Made by a program: the position numbers and the translations under genes. DNA of 64,000 nucleotides from an uncultured Alphaproteobacteria bacterium. GTDB taxonomy: Bacteria; Pseudomonadota; Alphaproteobacteria; M2410. Location: contig CBFDBJ010000004.1 in the NCBI GenBank assembly GCA_965603015.1, positions 5,933-69,932 of the forward strand, written 5' to 3'. The stretch's first letter is position 1. Each line of letters starts with the position of its first letter. The notes under the pieces were generated by a model. That model did not search any database. It was not told the origin of the DNA and saw nothing but the letters and a program-made list of their open reading frames with translations. Shown piece by piece: positions 18,038 to 26,297 of the stretch.

Positions 18038-19627
18038 CTAACCCTCCAGTTCCACGAAATTAAGAGCTTGATTGGCGGTTCTCATGACGTGGCGCCTCTT
18101 TACCGAGTTCTGCAAAAACCGGTTCAGGGCGGCTGTCATGAGAGAGACTTGCGGACCTTGCGGCCTTGCTGTGATCTCCCTTTGTGTTGCGGTAATGAGT
18201 TTGACGATGTGACAGGAAACGATGTGCTCGAACTGGGCGTGATCGAAGAGGATTTCTTTGGCCTCACTGACAAAGGGCTCAGGGTTGTCCACATTGAATT
18301 CGCTTGTATCGAGATCCTTGTCGACAAAGGGTGTGTTGCGTCCAAGGAAACAGGCCATTTGCAGAAGCCCTTGCGGCCAGAGATCCGGATAGCGCGTGCA
18401 AAGCTCGTGGACGGAATTGGCAAAAGTTATGGCGTGGGTGAAGTTGAGCCAGTCGACGTTGTGGGAGATGTTGGTGCCGGTGTGGCGCTGGAATTCGAGA
18501 TCAAAGTGGAGAAAATTCCAGGCATTGGCCGCAAGCAGGGCGTCATAGAGTGCGCGCGGATCTGATGAACTCCCTGTCGCCTTTGCCAGAGCCTGGCGGA
18601 CAGACAGGCCCTTGAAGTCTTGCCAGTCTACCGGCGCTTCGCCCTTGTTGGTCCAGTTTTTCAGGGCATCGCGGTAATTGCGAAACTCGGGAATAAGATC
18701 CTCCCGTCTGGCATAGACGAGTTCGCGCATCAGAGCCAGGGTTGCCGGCACCATGATCCTTTCGCCCAGCCTGTCGACGAGCTGACCGATTTTGAGCACA
18801 TAGATGGTCGCGTGGCCAAACCCCTGATAGTGGGCGAAGGCGGCGCGGGCGAGAGCCGGTTCGATGTCTCTATATCTGAGGCCAGCACGTGCGGCGCCGC
18901 GAATAAGTGCAGCGGCCTCGTCTTCATGTTCGCCCTCAACGGCGGTTACAAATGTGTCTTCGTTCCACTGAGCAACTGCATCCGTAAAAGGATAATCGGG
19001 CTCGCGGCGCGTGTCCCATGCGATATGGGCGGTCGGCTCAAGGAAGGTGATGAGGTGTTTTGCCGGATTGTCGTGAACTTCGTCTGCGAGCGTCATCCAG
19101 TCGGCGGCGGCGGCAAAGGGATGGCCCATGCCATATTCGAATTTCTCGTGTGAGCGCAGAACGGCGTTGGCCAGAACGTCCTTCAAGTTTCCGCCATCCT
19201 TTTTGTAGCGGGCGAGTTCGCGGGCGATGCGGTCATAGTCGTAATCGTCCCAGGCTTCGCTCAGGTTTTCGAGGATCCTCGGAAGTCTCTGTCCAGGTGC
19301 AGGATCAGATAAATCAACGAGGACTTCGCCATTCTTGACCTTGACGGGATAGAGGCGAACTGCATCGCCGCCGACCATGGCCTCTCCTGTGGTCAGGTCA
19401 AATTTCCAGTTGTGCCAATTGCAGGTTAGAGTGCAGGTGCCAGGGCCGCTGCCTGTCAGCGTGCCTTCGGCAAGGGGATAGCCTTCATGGGGGCAGCGAT
19501 TGTTGCAAGCGAAGGTCTCACCGTCTCGCAGGATTACGAGGACCTGCTTGCCGTTTTTCTTGAAGACCTTTTGGCCTTTTTCTTCCAGTTCGCTCAGAGG
19601 TCCCGCAGATGTCCAGATCTGGTTCAT
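18038..19627 (-). CDS. Rieske [2Fe-2S] domain fused to a ~420-aa domain of unknown function
   Basis: N-terminal Rieske motifs CPHEG...(21 aa)...CNWHNW. Start set at MNQIWTS (ATG 19627) with AAAGGAG upstream; the track's longer ORF to 19729 would overlap the divergent regulator. No DxxHxxxxH mononuclear-iron motif of Rieske oxygenase alpha subunits is recognisable in the C-terminal part. Confidence 0.7.
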   Translation of the reverse strand: MNQIWTSAGPLSELEEKGQKVFKKNGKQVLVILRDGETFACNNRCPHEGYPLAEGTLTGSGPGTCTLTCNWHNWKFDLTTGEAMVGGDAVRLYPVKVKNGEVLVDLSDPAPGQRLPRILENLSEAWDDYDYDRIARELARYKKDGGNLKDVLANAVLRSHEKFEYGMGHPFAAAADWMTLADEVHDNPAKHLITFLEPTAHIAWDTRREPDYPFTDAVAQWNEDTFVTAVEGEHEDEAAALIRGAARAGLRYRDIEPALARAAFAHYQGFGHATIYVLKIGQLVDRLGERIMVPATLALMRELVYARREDLIPEFRNYRDALKNWTNKGEAPVDWQDFKGLSVRQALAKATGSSSDPRALYDALLAANAWNFLHFDLEFQRHTGTNISHNVDWLNFTHAITFANSVHELCTRYPDLWPQGLLQMACFLGRNTPFVDKDLDTSEFNVDNPEPFVSEAKEILFDHAQFEHIVSCHIVKLITATQREITARPQGPQVSLMTAALNRFLQNSVKRRHVMRTANQALNFVELEG

Positions 19628-19710
19628 GGTCAATGCACTCCTTTTTAAAGATATTTCTTTATAAATATAGAGGGCTTGCCTTTTATCAAGAAAAAACTTT
19701 ATAAAATGGT

Positions 19711-20376
19711 ATGACTGGCAAATCATCACATAAAGAACCCGGCTTCGCAGATGGTTCGCAAAAGACCCGCGACAGGGTCATTTCGCTCCTGAAACGCGAG
19801 GGACCACAGGATGCAGGGGTCCTTGCGGCAAGACTTGGCGTTAGCGCCATGGCCGTGCGCCAGCATCTCTATGAGTTAAGCGATCAGGGCCTGGTGACTG
19901 CATCCGAGCAGAAAGGCGCGATTGGGAGGCCGACAAAAATCTGGGCACTGGACGTGACCGCGAGTGGCCTCTTTCCGGATGGTCATGGTGATTTTACTTA
20001 TGAGCTTATTGGCTCCATTCGGGAGACCTTCGGCGAGGAAGGCATGGCGAGCCTTTTGCGCAATCGTTCGGAGAAGCAAATCACCTCCTATAAGAATCAG
20101 ATGGGCGATGGGTCGCTCAGTCAGCGTCTTGAGCGCCTCGCGGCGATCCGCAGCGAGGAGGGCTATATGGCCGACGTGACAGAGGCGGAGGACGGATCTC
20201 TCCTGATGGTGGAGAACCATTGCCCGGTCTGCCAGGCCGCAAAAGCCTGCAGCGGCCTCTGTGCGGAGGAGTTGCATGTCTTTCAGGCGTGTCTGGGTCA
20301 GAGTGTGAAGATTGAGAGGGCCGATCATATCCTGGCCGGTGCGCGGCGGTGTGCCTACCGGGTCACGGCCATCTGA
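19711..20376 (+). CDS. Winged-helix (ArsR/MarR-like) transcriptional regulator with a Cys-rich C-terminal region
   Basis: HTH segment RVISLLKREGPQDAGVLAARLGVSAMAVRQHLYELSDQGLV and C-terminal HCPVCQAAKACSGLCAEELHVFQAC...RRCAY (putative metal or Fe-S ligands). Transcribed divergently from the Rieske/P450 string. Confidence 0.55.
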   Translation: MTGKSSHKEPGFADGSQKTRDRVISLLKREGPQDAGVLAARLGVSAMAVRQHLYELSDQGLVTASEQKGAIGRPTKIWALDVTASGLFPDGHGDFTYELIGSIRETFGEEGMASLLRNRSEKQITSYKNQMGDGSLSQRLERLAAIRSEEGYMADVTEAEDGSLLMVENHCPVCQAAKACSGLCAEELHVFQACLGQSVKIERADHILAGARRCAYRVTAI

Positions 20377-20434
20377 ACCAGAAAAAAGGCGCCCCGTGTG
20401 GGACGCCTTTTCGCAGAAAACTCGAGTTATCTGA

Positions 20435-20638
20435 TTAGCTGCTTTCGCGCTCAATGCGCTTGCGGGCAAGCTTGCGGGCGCGGCGAACGGCTTCGGCCTT
20501 GTTGCGCGCTCTTTTTTCTGATGGTTTTTCGTAGAAGGTGCGCAGCTTCATTTCACGGAAAATGCCCTCACGTTGCATTTTCTTTTTCAGGGCTCGCAGA
20601 GCCTGATCTACATTGTTGTCGCGAACGATAATTTGCAC
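20435..20638 (-). CDS. rpsU: 30S ribosomal protein S21
   Basis: [56 protein letters not shown]. Confidence 0.9.
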   Translation of the reverse strand: MQIIVRDNNVDQALRALKKKMQREGIFREMKLRTFYEKPSEKRARNKAEAVRRARKLARKRIERESS

Positions 20639-20889
20639 TTGTCTTCAATCCTCAATTTCTTGCATCAGGTCTTCAGCGCCGGTTTTCCGACGATTATTCA
20701 TGTGTAACGGTCCATCTTCGGGGATTCTCCGTCACGAGGGGGCTTCAATAGCGCAATAGCAGGGCTCTGTCCATGCCGATTCCTCTGTAATCCACACCAT
20801 AGCAGGGATTTCCTGCCAATAGCCTTAATTACGCGATTGTTTTGTTACGATCTATGGACGCGAGGGGGCGAAACACCCATATTGGCCCC

Positions 20890-21462
20890 ATGGCAATACT
20901 CAAAATCGCAAAGATGGGCCATCCGGTCCTGGGACGGGTCGCAGATCCCGTTACAGACCCAAAAGCCCCGGAAATACAGGCCCTTATCCGGGATATGATC
21001 GTCACCATGCATGACGCAAACGGGGCGGGGCTGGCCGCGCCGCAGGTTCATGTGCCGCTCAGGGTAGTGGTCTACCATGCTCCGGCGGCCCGCAGTGAAG
21101 ACGATGAGCATGACGGCCACGAAACCGCGCCCCTGACCGTGCTTATCAATCCCGAGATTGAGCCTATAGGCGACGTGACATCGACCGGCTGGGAGGGCTG
21201 CCTGTCGGTGCCCGGTCTGCGCGGCGAGGTGACACGGCCAGGTCACATCCGATATCGGGCCCTGAACGGCGAAGGCGAAGTGGTTGAAGGGGAGGCCAGC
21301 GGCTTTCATGCCCGCGTCATTCAACATGAATGCGATCATCTGGACGGTATCCTCTACCCCCAGCGCATGTCGGATTTAAGAACGCTGATCTTTGACAGTG
21401 AGGTGCGGCATATCATTGATGCCGATGGAGCTGATGATACGGATGAGGAGGCTGCGGAATGA
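20890..21462 (+). CDS. def: Peptide deformylase
   Basis: GAGLAAPQV, EGCLSVPG and QHECDHLDG metal-binding motifs; start set at MAILKIAK. Confidence 0.85.
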   Translation: MAILKIAKMGHPVLGRVADPVTDPKAPEIQALIRDMIVTMHDANGAGLAAPQVHVPLRVVVYHAPAARSEDDEHDGHETAPLTVLINPEIEPIGDVTSTGWEGCLSVPGLRGEVTRPGHIRYRALNGEGEVVEGEASGFHARVIQHECDHLDGILYPQRMSDLRTLIFDSEVRHIIDADGADDTDEEAAE

Positions 21463-22121
21463 GTGACACTTCCTCTGCGGACCTGAGACAGGCCATTCTC
21501 GAAGCAGCTCTCAAGGACATTCCCTTTGATGGCTGGACCAATGAAGTGTTGCGCAAGGTCGGTGAGGCAAAGGGCGTGTCGCTCGATGAAATCGATCTGC
21601 TTTTTCCGCGTGGCTCGGTCGATCTCCTGGAGGCGTTTTCTCACGCCGCGGATGCACATATGGTCCGCGCCCTGGAGGGTGTCGATCTTGCGTCTCTCAA
21701 GATCCGTCAGCGGATTACCCTTGGCGTGCGTTCGCGCATTGAGTTTCTTCAAGGCCACCGTGAGGCTTCGCTTCGGGCTGCGAGCGTTCTTGCGCTTCCG
21801 GTTCATGGCGTTCTGGCTGCGCAGCTGCTGGCGCGTACTGTTGATCTGGCATGGCGCGGTATCGGGGATACCTCGACGGATTTTAATTTTTATACCAAGC
21901 GCGCAACGCTCAGCCTTGTCCTGAGTTCGACGCTGTTTTACTGGATGACCGACGAGGCGGAAGATCTGGCGCCGACATGGGAATTTCTTGATCGCCGGAT
22001 CGAGAATGTCATGCAGTTTGAAAAGACCAAGGCGAGGGTTAAAAAAGCGGCGGCGAACATGCCTTCACCGGTCGAGCTCCTCGCCAAAATACGCTATGCC
22101 GGTTCGCGCTTTAAAGTGTGA
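21459..22121 (+). CDS. COQ9-family / RpsU-divergently-transcribed protein
   Basis: 220-aa TetR-like fold protein in the conserved alphaproteobacterial position next to rpsU; its start overlaps the def stop (ATGA). Confidence 0.55.
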   Translation: MSDTSSADLRQAILEAALKDIPFDGWTNEVLRKVGEAKGVSLDEIDLLFPRGSVDLLEAFSHAADAHMVRALEGVDLASLKIRQRITLGVRSRIEFLQGHREASLRAASVLALPVHGVLAAQLLARTVDLAWRGIGDTSTDFNFYTKRATLSLVLSSTLFYWMTDEAEDLAPTWEFLDRRIENVMQFEKTKARVKKAAANMPSPVELLAKIRYAGSRFKV

Positions 22122-23262
22122 GTGGCAAATCGTCTTTTGACTTCAGGCTGCCTTTGGCAAAGAGCCGCGTTGCGTGAGCCATTTTGCGGCCCGCGCGCGC
22201 TTCTGTCTTGCCATAGAGCGTCAGAAGAACGTCTTCCATTTTAGCAATCATCGGCCATTTTTCGATATCGGAGCCGATAAGATTGTACATGATCGCGTCG
22301 GAATGGCGGCCCGGAGTGACTAACGGCCAGCCGCAGATGGCGCGGATGTGCTGTTCGAATTGCGAAATCGTGCAGGCGGCTTCGGTCCAGTGACCGGAAT
22401 TGTGGACGCGCGGGGCAATCTCGTTGATCAGGATGGTTTCGTCCTTCATGACAAAGAACTCGACACCGATGACGCCGACATAGCCCAGCTCCGTGAGAAT
22501 GTTCTCTGCCGCTGCCCGAGCGGCGGCAATCGTTTTGTCGCTCACCCGTGCGGGCACGATTGTTGCGCTGAGAATATGATCGCGGTGAATGTTCTCACCG
22601 GGCGTCCAGGTTACGGTTTCACCCGTGTGCGCACGGGCTGCAATAACGGAAATCTCGCAATCAAAGGGGATGAAACCTTCCAGGATAGACGGCGCGCCTT
22701 TCATTGCGGCCCAGGCATCTTCCATGTCATTTTCTGTACGGATGATGCTTTGACCTTTGCCATCGTATCCAAAGCGGCGTGTTTTGAGAACGGCGGGGAG
22801 TCCGATTTCAGATGCGGCGGCGCGAAGATCCTCAAGAGTATCAACCGGTTTAAAAGGGGCTGTCGTCTGCCCAATGGATGTCAGGAATGTCTTTTCAGTC
22901 AGCCGGTCCTGGGCAACATCGAGCGCCCGTGCTGCGGGAAACAGCCTTGTGTGCCTGGCCAGCTCAGCCGCCGTTTCAGCCGGGACATTTTCAAATTCGT
23001 AAGTTGCGACATCAACTGTGTCGCCGAACCGGGCGATGGCCTCAAGGTCATCGTAGGCGGCGACGGTTTCGGCATGGGCGACCTGGCCCGCCGGGCTGTG
23101 TCCGCTGCTGCCGTCAGGAAAACCGTCCGGTGAAAAAATATGGGTTCGAAAGCCAAGGTTTGCTGCGGCGAGCGCCAACATGCGCCCGAGCTGGCCACTG
23201 CCCAATATGCCGATGGTTGAACCGGGCCGGAGTGGAGACAGTGGTGCGGGATTTTCGGTCAT
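22111..23262 (-). CDS. purK: N5-carboxyaminoimidazole ribonucleotide synthase
   Basis: ATP-grasp protein, IGILGSGQLGRMLALAA, 383 aa, immediately downstream of purE. Confidence 0.85.
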   Translation of the reverse strand: MTENPAPLSPLRPGSTIGILGSGQLGRMLALAAANLGFRTHIFSPDGFPDGSSGHSPAGQVAHAETVAAYDDLEAIARFGDTVDVATYEFENVPAETAAELARHTRLFPAARALDVAQDRLTEKTFLTSIGQTTAPFKPVDTLEDLRAAASEIGLPAVLKTRRFGYDGKGQSIIRTENDMEDAWAAMKGAPSILEGFIPFDCEISVIAARAHTGETVTWTPGENIHRDHILSATIVPARVSDKTIAAARAAAENILTELGYVGVIGVEFFVMKDETILINEIAPRVHNSGHWTEAACTISQFEQHIRAICGWPLVTPGRHSDAIMYNLIGSDIEKWPMIAKMEDVLLTLYGKTEARAGRKMAHATRLFAKGSLKSKDDLPLTL

Positions 23263-23274
23263 AGTGTGTGGCTA

Positions 23275-23778
23275 TCAAGCCTCGTCTACGGGGATATCTG
23301 CAATGGCTCTGGTCTGGTCCTCGCTCCAGGCGCGGACGGCCGCAGCGACAGCATCATCTCCCAGGGCGACAATTCTGGCGGCAAGAAGCGCCGCATTGAT
23401 GGCGCCGGCCTTGCCAATGGCGAGCGTGCCGACAGGGATGCCGCCGGGCATTTGAACGATCGACAAGAGACTGTCCTGGCCGCTGAGGGCTTTGCTCTCG
23501 ATAGGGACACCAAGAACCGGGAGCTCTGACCAGGAGGCTGTCATGCCCGGAAGATGGGCGGCGCCGCCGGCACCGGCAATAATCACCTTGAGACCGCGGG
23601 ATTTTGCTGATTTTGCATAATCACGCATCCGGTCCGGCGTACGGTGGGCCGAGACAATTTTGGTCTCAAAGGAAACGCCCAGTTTTTTGAGGGTTTCCGA
23701 CGCATTGCGCATGGTGGGCCAGTCAGACTGGCTGCCCATTATAATGCCGACATCGATGCCAGTTGCGATAGGGGCCAT
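23275..23778 (-). CDS. purE: N5-carboxyaminoimidazole ribonucleotide mutase
   Basis: [14 protein letters not shown]...[10 protein letters not shown]...[14 protein letters not shown]; the 168-aa product starts at MAPIAT, while the track ORF extends upstream. Confidence 0.85.
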   Translation of the reverse strand: MAPIATGIDVGIIMGSQSDWPTMRNASETLKKLGVSFETKIVSAHRTPDRMRDYAKSAKSRGLKVIIAGAGGAAHLPGMTASWSELPVLGVPIESKALSGQDSLLSIVQMPGGIPVGTLAIGKAGAINAALLAARIVALGDDAVAAAVRAWSEDQTRAIADIPVDEA

Positions 23779-24043
23779 GGCTTGCTTCCCGGCCCTGACG
23801 GGCCTTTTCAATGGAGAATGCCTCGGGAATGCAATGTATTTTGCGACAACCAGGGCAATGCAGGAAAGCGCGGGATTATAGGCAGGCGCGCCGCGAAGGC
23901 AAGGATATTGATTCCACACCAGTGTGGTGAGAAATTGATTATTGACCCCATAGTTAGCGCCGCGTTAACGAATTATTTGCCGCCAGGGGGGCGTAATCAG
24001 GCAAGGGCCAATCAGACTTCGTGGCGATGGAGAAAACCTGCCC

Positions 24044-24832
24044 ATGAAAATCACCCGTGCAAAGGGCGTATATAAGACAGAGCCGGTCAAACGAGCCAGC
24101 TCTGTGACCCGGCCTGGCGCCGGTCCTGTTGCTCCGTCCGGGCTGCCGTCTGATGAGGTCTCTATCATGGGGATTCCTGAGGCCGAATTCACGCCAAAGG
24201 TTCGCGACGCGGTTACCTCCCTGCTTCAGGAGGTTGATCGCCTGACGCAGGACCTGAGCGAAATGAAGCAAAGGGTTTCAGAGCTTGAAACCTTCGCGGA
24301 CCAGGACGAACTTCTGCCGGTGCTCAACCGCCGGGCCTTTGTGCGCGAACTCTCGCGTCTTCAGTCCTTCGGCGAGCGCTACGACCTGAAGGCTTCGTTG
24401 CTCTATCTCGATCTCAACAAATTCAAGAGCATCAATGATACTTATGGACATGCGGCAGGGGACAAGGTTCTGAACGCCTTTGTCGTTGCTTTGAGGAAAA
24501 ACCTGCGCGACTCTGATTTGATCGGTCGATTGGGCGGCGATGAGTTCGGCATTGTTTTGCCGAATGCAACTCTGGAAGCTGCGCGGCTAAAGGCGAGCTC
24601 ACTTGCGCAAGCCATCGAGAATATGAAAGTCCCCTATGAGGGCAAGGTTCTGAAAGTGACGGTGGCTGTTGGCGCCTGTGTTTTGACCAACGACGTTGGT
24701 ATTGAAGATGCTCTGGCGACCGCTGACCGGGATATGTTTGATGCAAAGGATGCTTCCAAAGGCACCACAAAAGGTGGCACCAAAGCTCTTACAAAAGATA
24801 CGGGCAAAGGTGTGAAGAAGCGCTCCCCCTGA
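24044..24832 (+). CDS. GGDEF-domain diguanylate cyclase with an N-terminal coiled coil
   Basis: LNRRAF...LDLNKFKSINDTYGHAAGDKVL...RLGGDEFGIVLP (GGDEF active site). Confidence 0.8.
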   Translation: MKITRAKGVYKTEPVKRASSVTRPGAGPVAPSGLPSDEVSIMGIPEAEFTPKVRDAVTSLLQEVDRLTQDLSEMKQRVSELETFADQDELLPVLNRRAFVRELSRLQSFGERYDLKASLLYLDLNKFKSINDTYGHAAGDKVLNAFVVALRKNLRDSDLIGRLGGDEFGIVLPNATLEAARLKASSLAQAIENMKVPYEGKVLKVTVAVGACVLTNDVGIEDALATADRDMFDAKDASKGTTKGGTKALTKDTGKGVKKRSP

Positions 24833-24882
24833 GATCTCTCCGCGCGAGCGGGCCCACACCCACCCGAGCCGGGGGTGCGGAA

Positions 24883-25092
24883 TCAAGCGATAATGTCAGG
24901 GGTCAGTTGATCCTCGATCGAAATGATCCGATCTTTAAGGGACAGTTTTTTCTTTTTCAGGCGTTGCACCTGCAGCTGATCTGCCGGCGTTGAGATGGCC
25001 AGCGCATGAATTGCAGAATCAAGGTCGCGGTGCTCCTGGCGCAGCATGACAAGCAGGTTTTGCAAGCTGTCCTGATTATTGAGGTCTGCCAT
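24883..25092 (-). CDS. DUF465 (YdcH-like) small protein
   Basis: 69 aa, L..L...H..LD..I...........QRLKKKKLSLKDRI pattern. Confidence 0.6.
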   Translation of the reverse strand: MADLNNQDSLQNLLVMLRQEHRDLDSAIHALAISTPADQLQVQRLKKKKLSLKDRIISIEDQLTPDIIA

Positions 25093-25302
25093 ATGACTTT
25101 CATGTGTCCCTGAGGCGATCGCAAAGGCTTCAGGCGGGGGCTGCGCAGCCAGTCTTGCGCAACCCGGAGGTCTTGCGGCAAAAACCGGCCGAAAATGAAT
25201 ACCAATTCAAAGGTAACTTATCATACTCCCGGCAAAAGTGGGAGGCTCAATTCTTGTGCTCTGGCGTTCCGGCGCTCCGGTTTTGAAGGGTGGACGGGGA
25301 GC

Positions 25303-25869
25303 TCACGTTTTATTCTCGCCCCAGCGTTTTGCGCCGGGCATCGCGAGGCCATAGAGGTCCAGAGTGCGTGCCACGGTTTGATCAATGATATCGTCGACGC
25401 TGCCGGGCCTTTCATAAAAGGCGGGAACCGGCGGCGCGATAATGGCCCCCATTTCGGACAGTGCGGTCATGGTGCGCAGGTGTCCGGTGTGAAGCGGCGT
25501 CTCGCGTACCAGCAGTGTCAGGCGGCGGCGCTCCTTGAGGACAACGTCGGCGGAGCGGGTGAGAAGATTTGATGTCACACCGGTCGCGATTTCCGACATC
25601 GTGCGAATCGAGCACGGCGCAACGATCATCCCATCGGTGAGAAATGAACCGGAGGATATGGCAGCGGTGATGTCCTTTATGCCGTGATGATGGGTTGCCA
25701 GTTCAAGAACATCGCCGGTTTTCAGGTCCGACTCATAGCTGAGCGTTGCTTCTGCGGGCTTTGTCATAACCAAATGGGTTTCCACGTCCAGGTCGCGCAA
25801 AACCTGAAGCAGACGTACACCGATCATTACACCGGAGGCACCACTTATTCCGATAATTAAACGCTTCAT
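25303..25869 (-). CDS. ubiX: Flavin prenyltransferase UbiX
   Basis: MKRLIIGISGASGVMIGVRLLQVL flavoprotein N-terminus, 188 aa. Confidence 0.85.
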   Translation of the reverse strand: MKRLIIGISGASGVMIGVRLLQVLRDLDVETHLVMTKPAEATLSYESDLKTGDVLELATHHHGIKDITAAISSGSFLTDGMIVAPCSIRTMSEIATGVTSNLLTRSADVVLKERRRLTLLVRETPLHTGHLRTMTALSEMGAIIAPPVPAFYERPGSVDDIIDQTVARTLDLYGLAMPGAKRWGENKT

Positions 25870-26008
25870 AATTGCATGTCTCGTGCTGCCGGTTTGTCTC
25901 TTGCAAGGGATTCTGCGCTCTTAAGACTTGCTTTACGGTGTGACATAAAAACGCCTGACAAACATAAAAAAAGGTGTTTTAATAAAATCCTCAAACAGAG
26001 GGAGAATC

Positions 26009-26197
26009 TTGATGGCACTAGAAGCTCACCTGGAAGAACTCAATGAGAAGCATCGTCAACTGGATGCGTACATTGTGGAAGAACTTCAACATCCAAGTGT
26101 AGATACCTTAAAGATCATGGAGCTGAAAAGAGAAAAGCTCCACCTGAAAGAAGAAATCCTGAGACTTCGATTATCCTTTAAACCCGATTTGCATTAG
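26009..26197 (+). CDS. DUF465 (YdcH-like) small protein, low-GC paralogue
   Basis: 62 aa, LEAHLEELNEKHRQLDAYI...LKIMELKREKLHLKEEI; local GC roughly 40%, which is my visual estimate. Confidence 0.55.
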   Translation: MMALEAHLEELNEKHRQLDAYIVEELQHPSVDTLKIMELKREKLHLKEEILRLRLSFKPDLH

Positions 26198-26297
26198 CGA
26201 ATCGTCAGACATTATCGAATTCGGGTCGCGCGAAGACTGAATTGACAAGCTTCTGACGCTTCAAAAAGGTGCGGGTTTCCGCGTCTTGTTATAAGCG

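Noticed and set aside
19628-19729. N-terminal 34-codon extension of the Rieske-fusion ORF (MMICQSYHFIKFF...)
   Set aside because: It would overlap the divergent regulator start and is encoded by an AT-rich promoter-like tract. The internal ATG at 19627 has a strong AAAGGAG SD.
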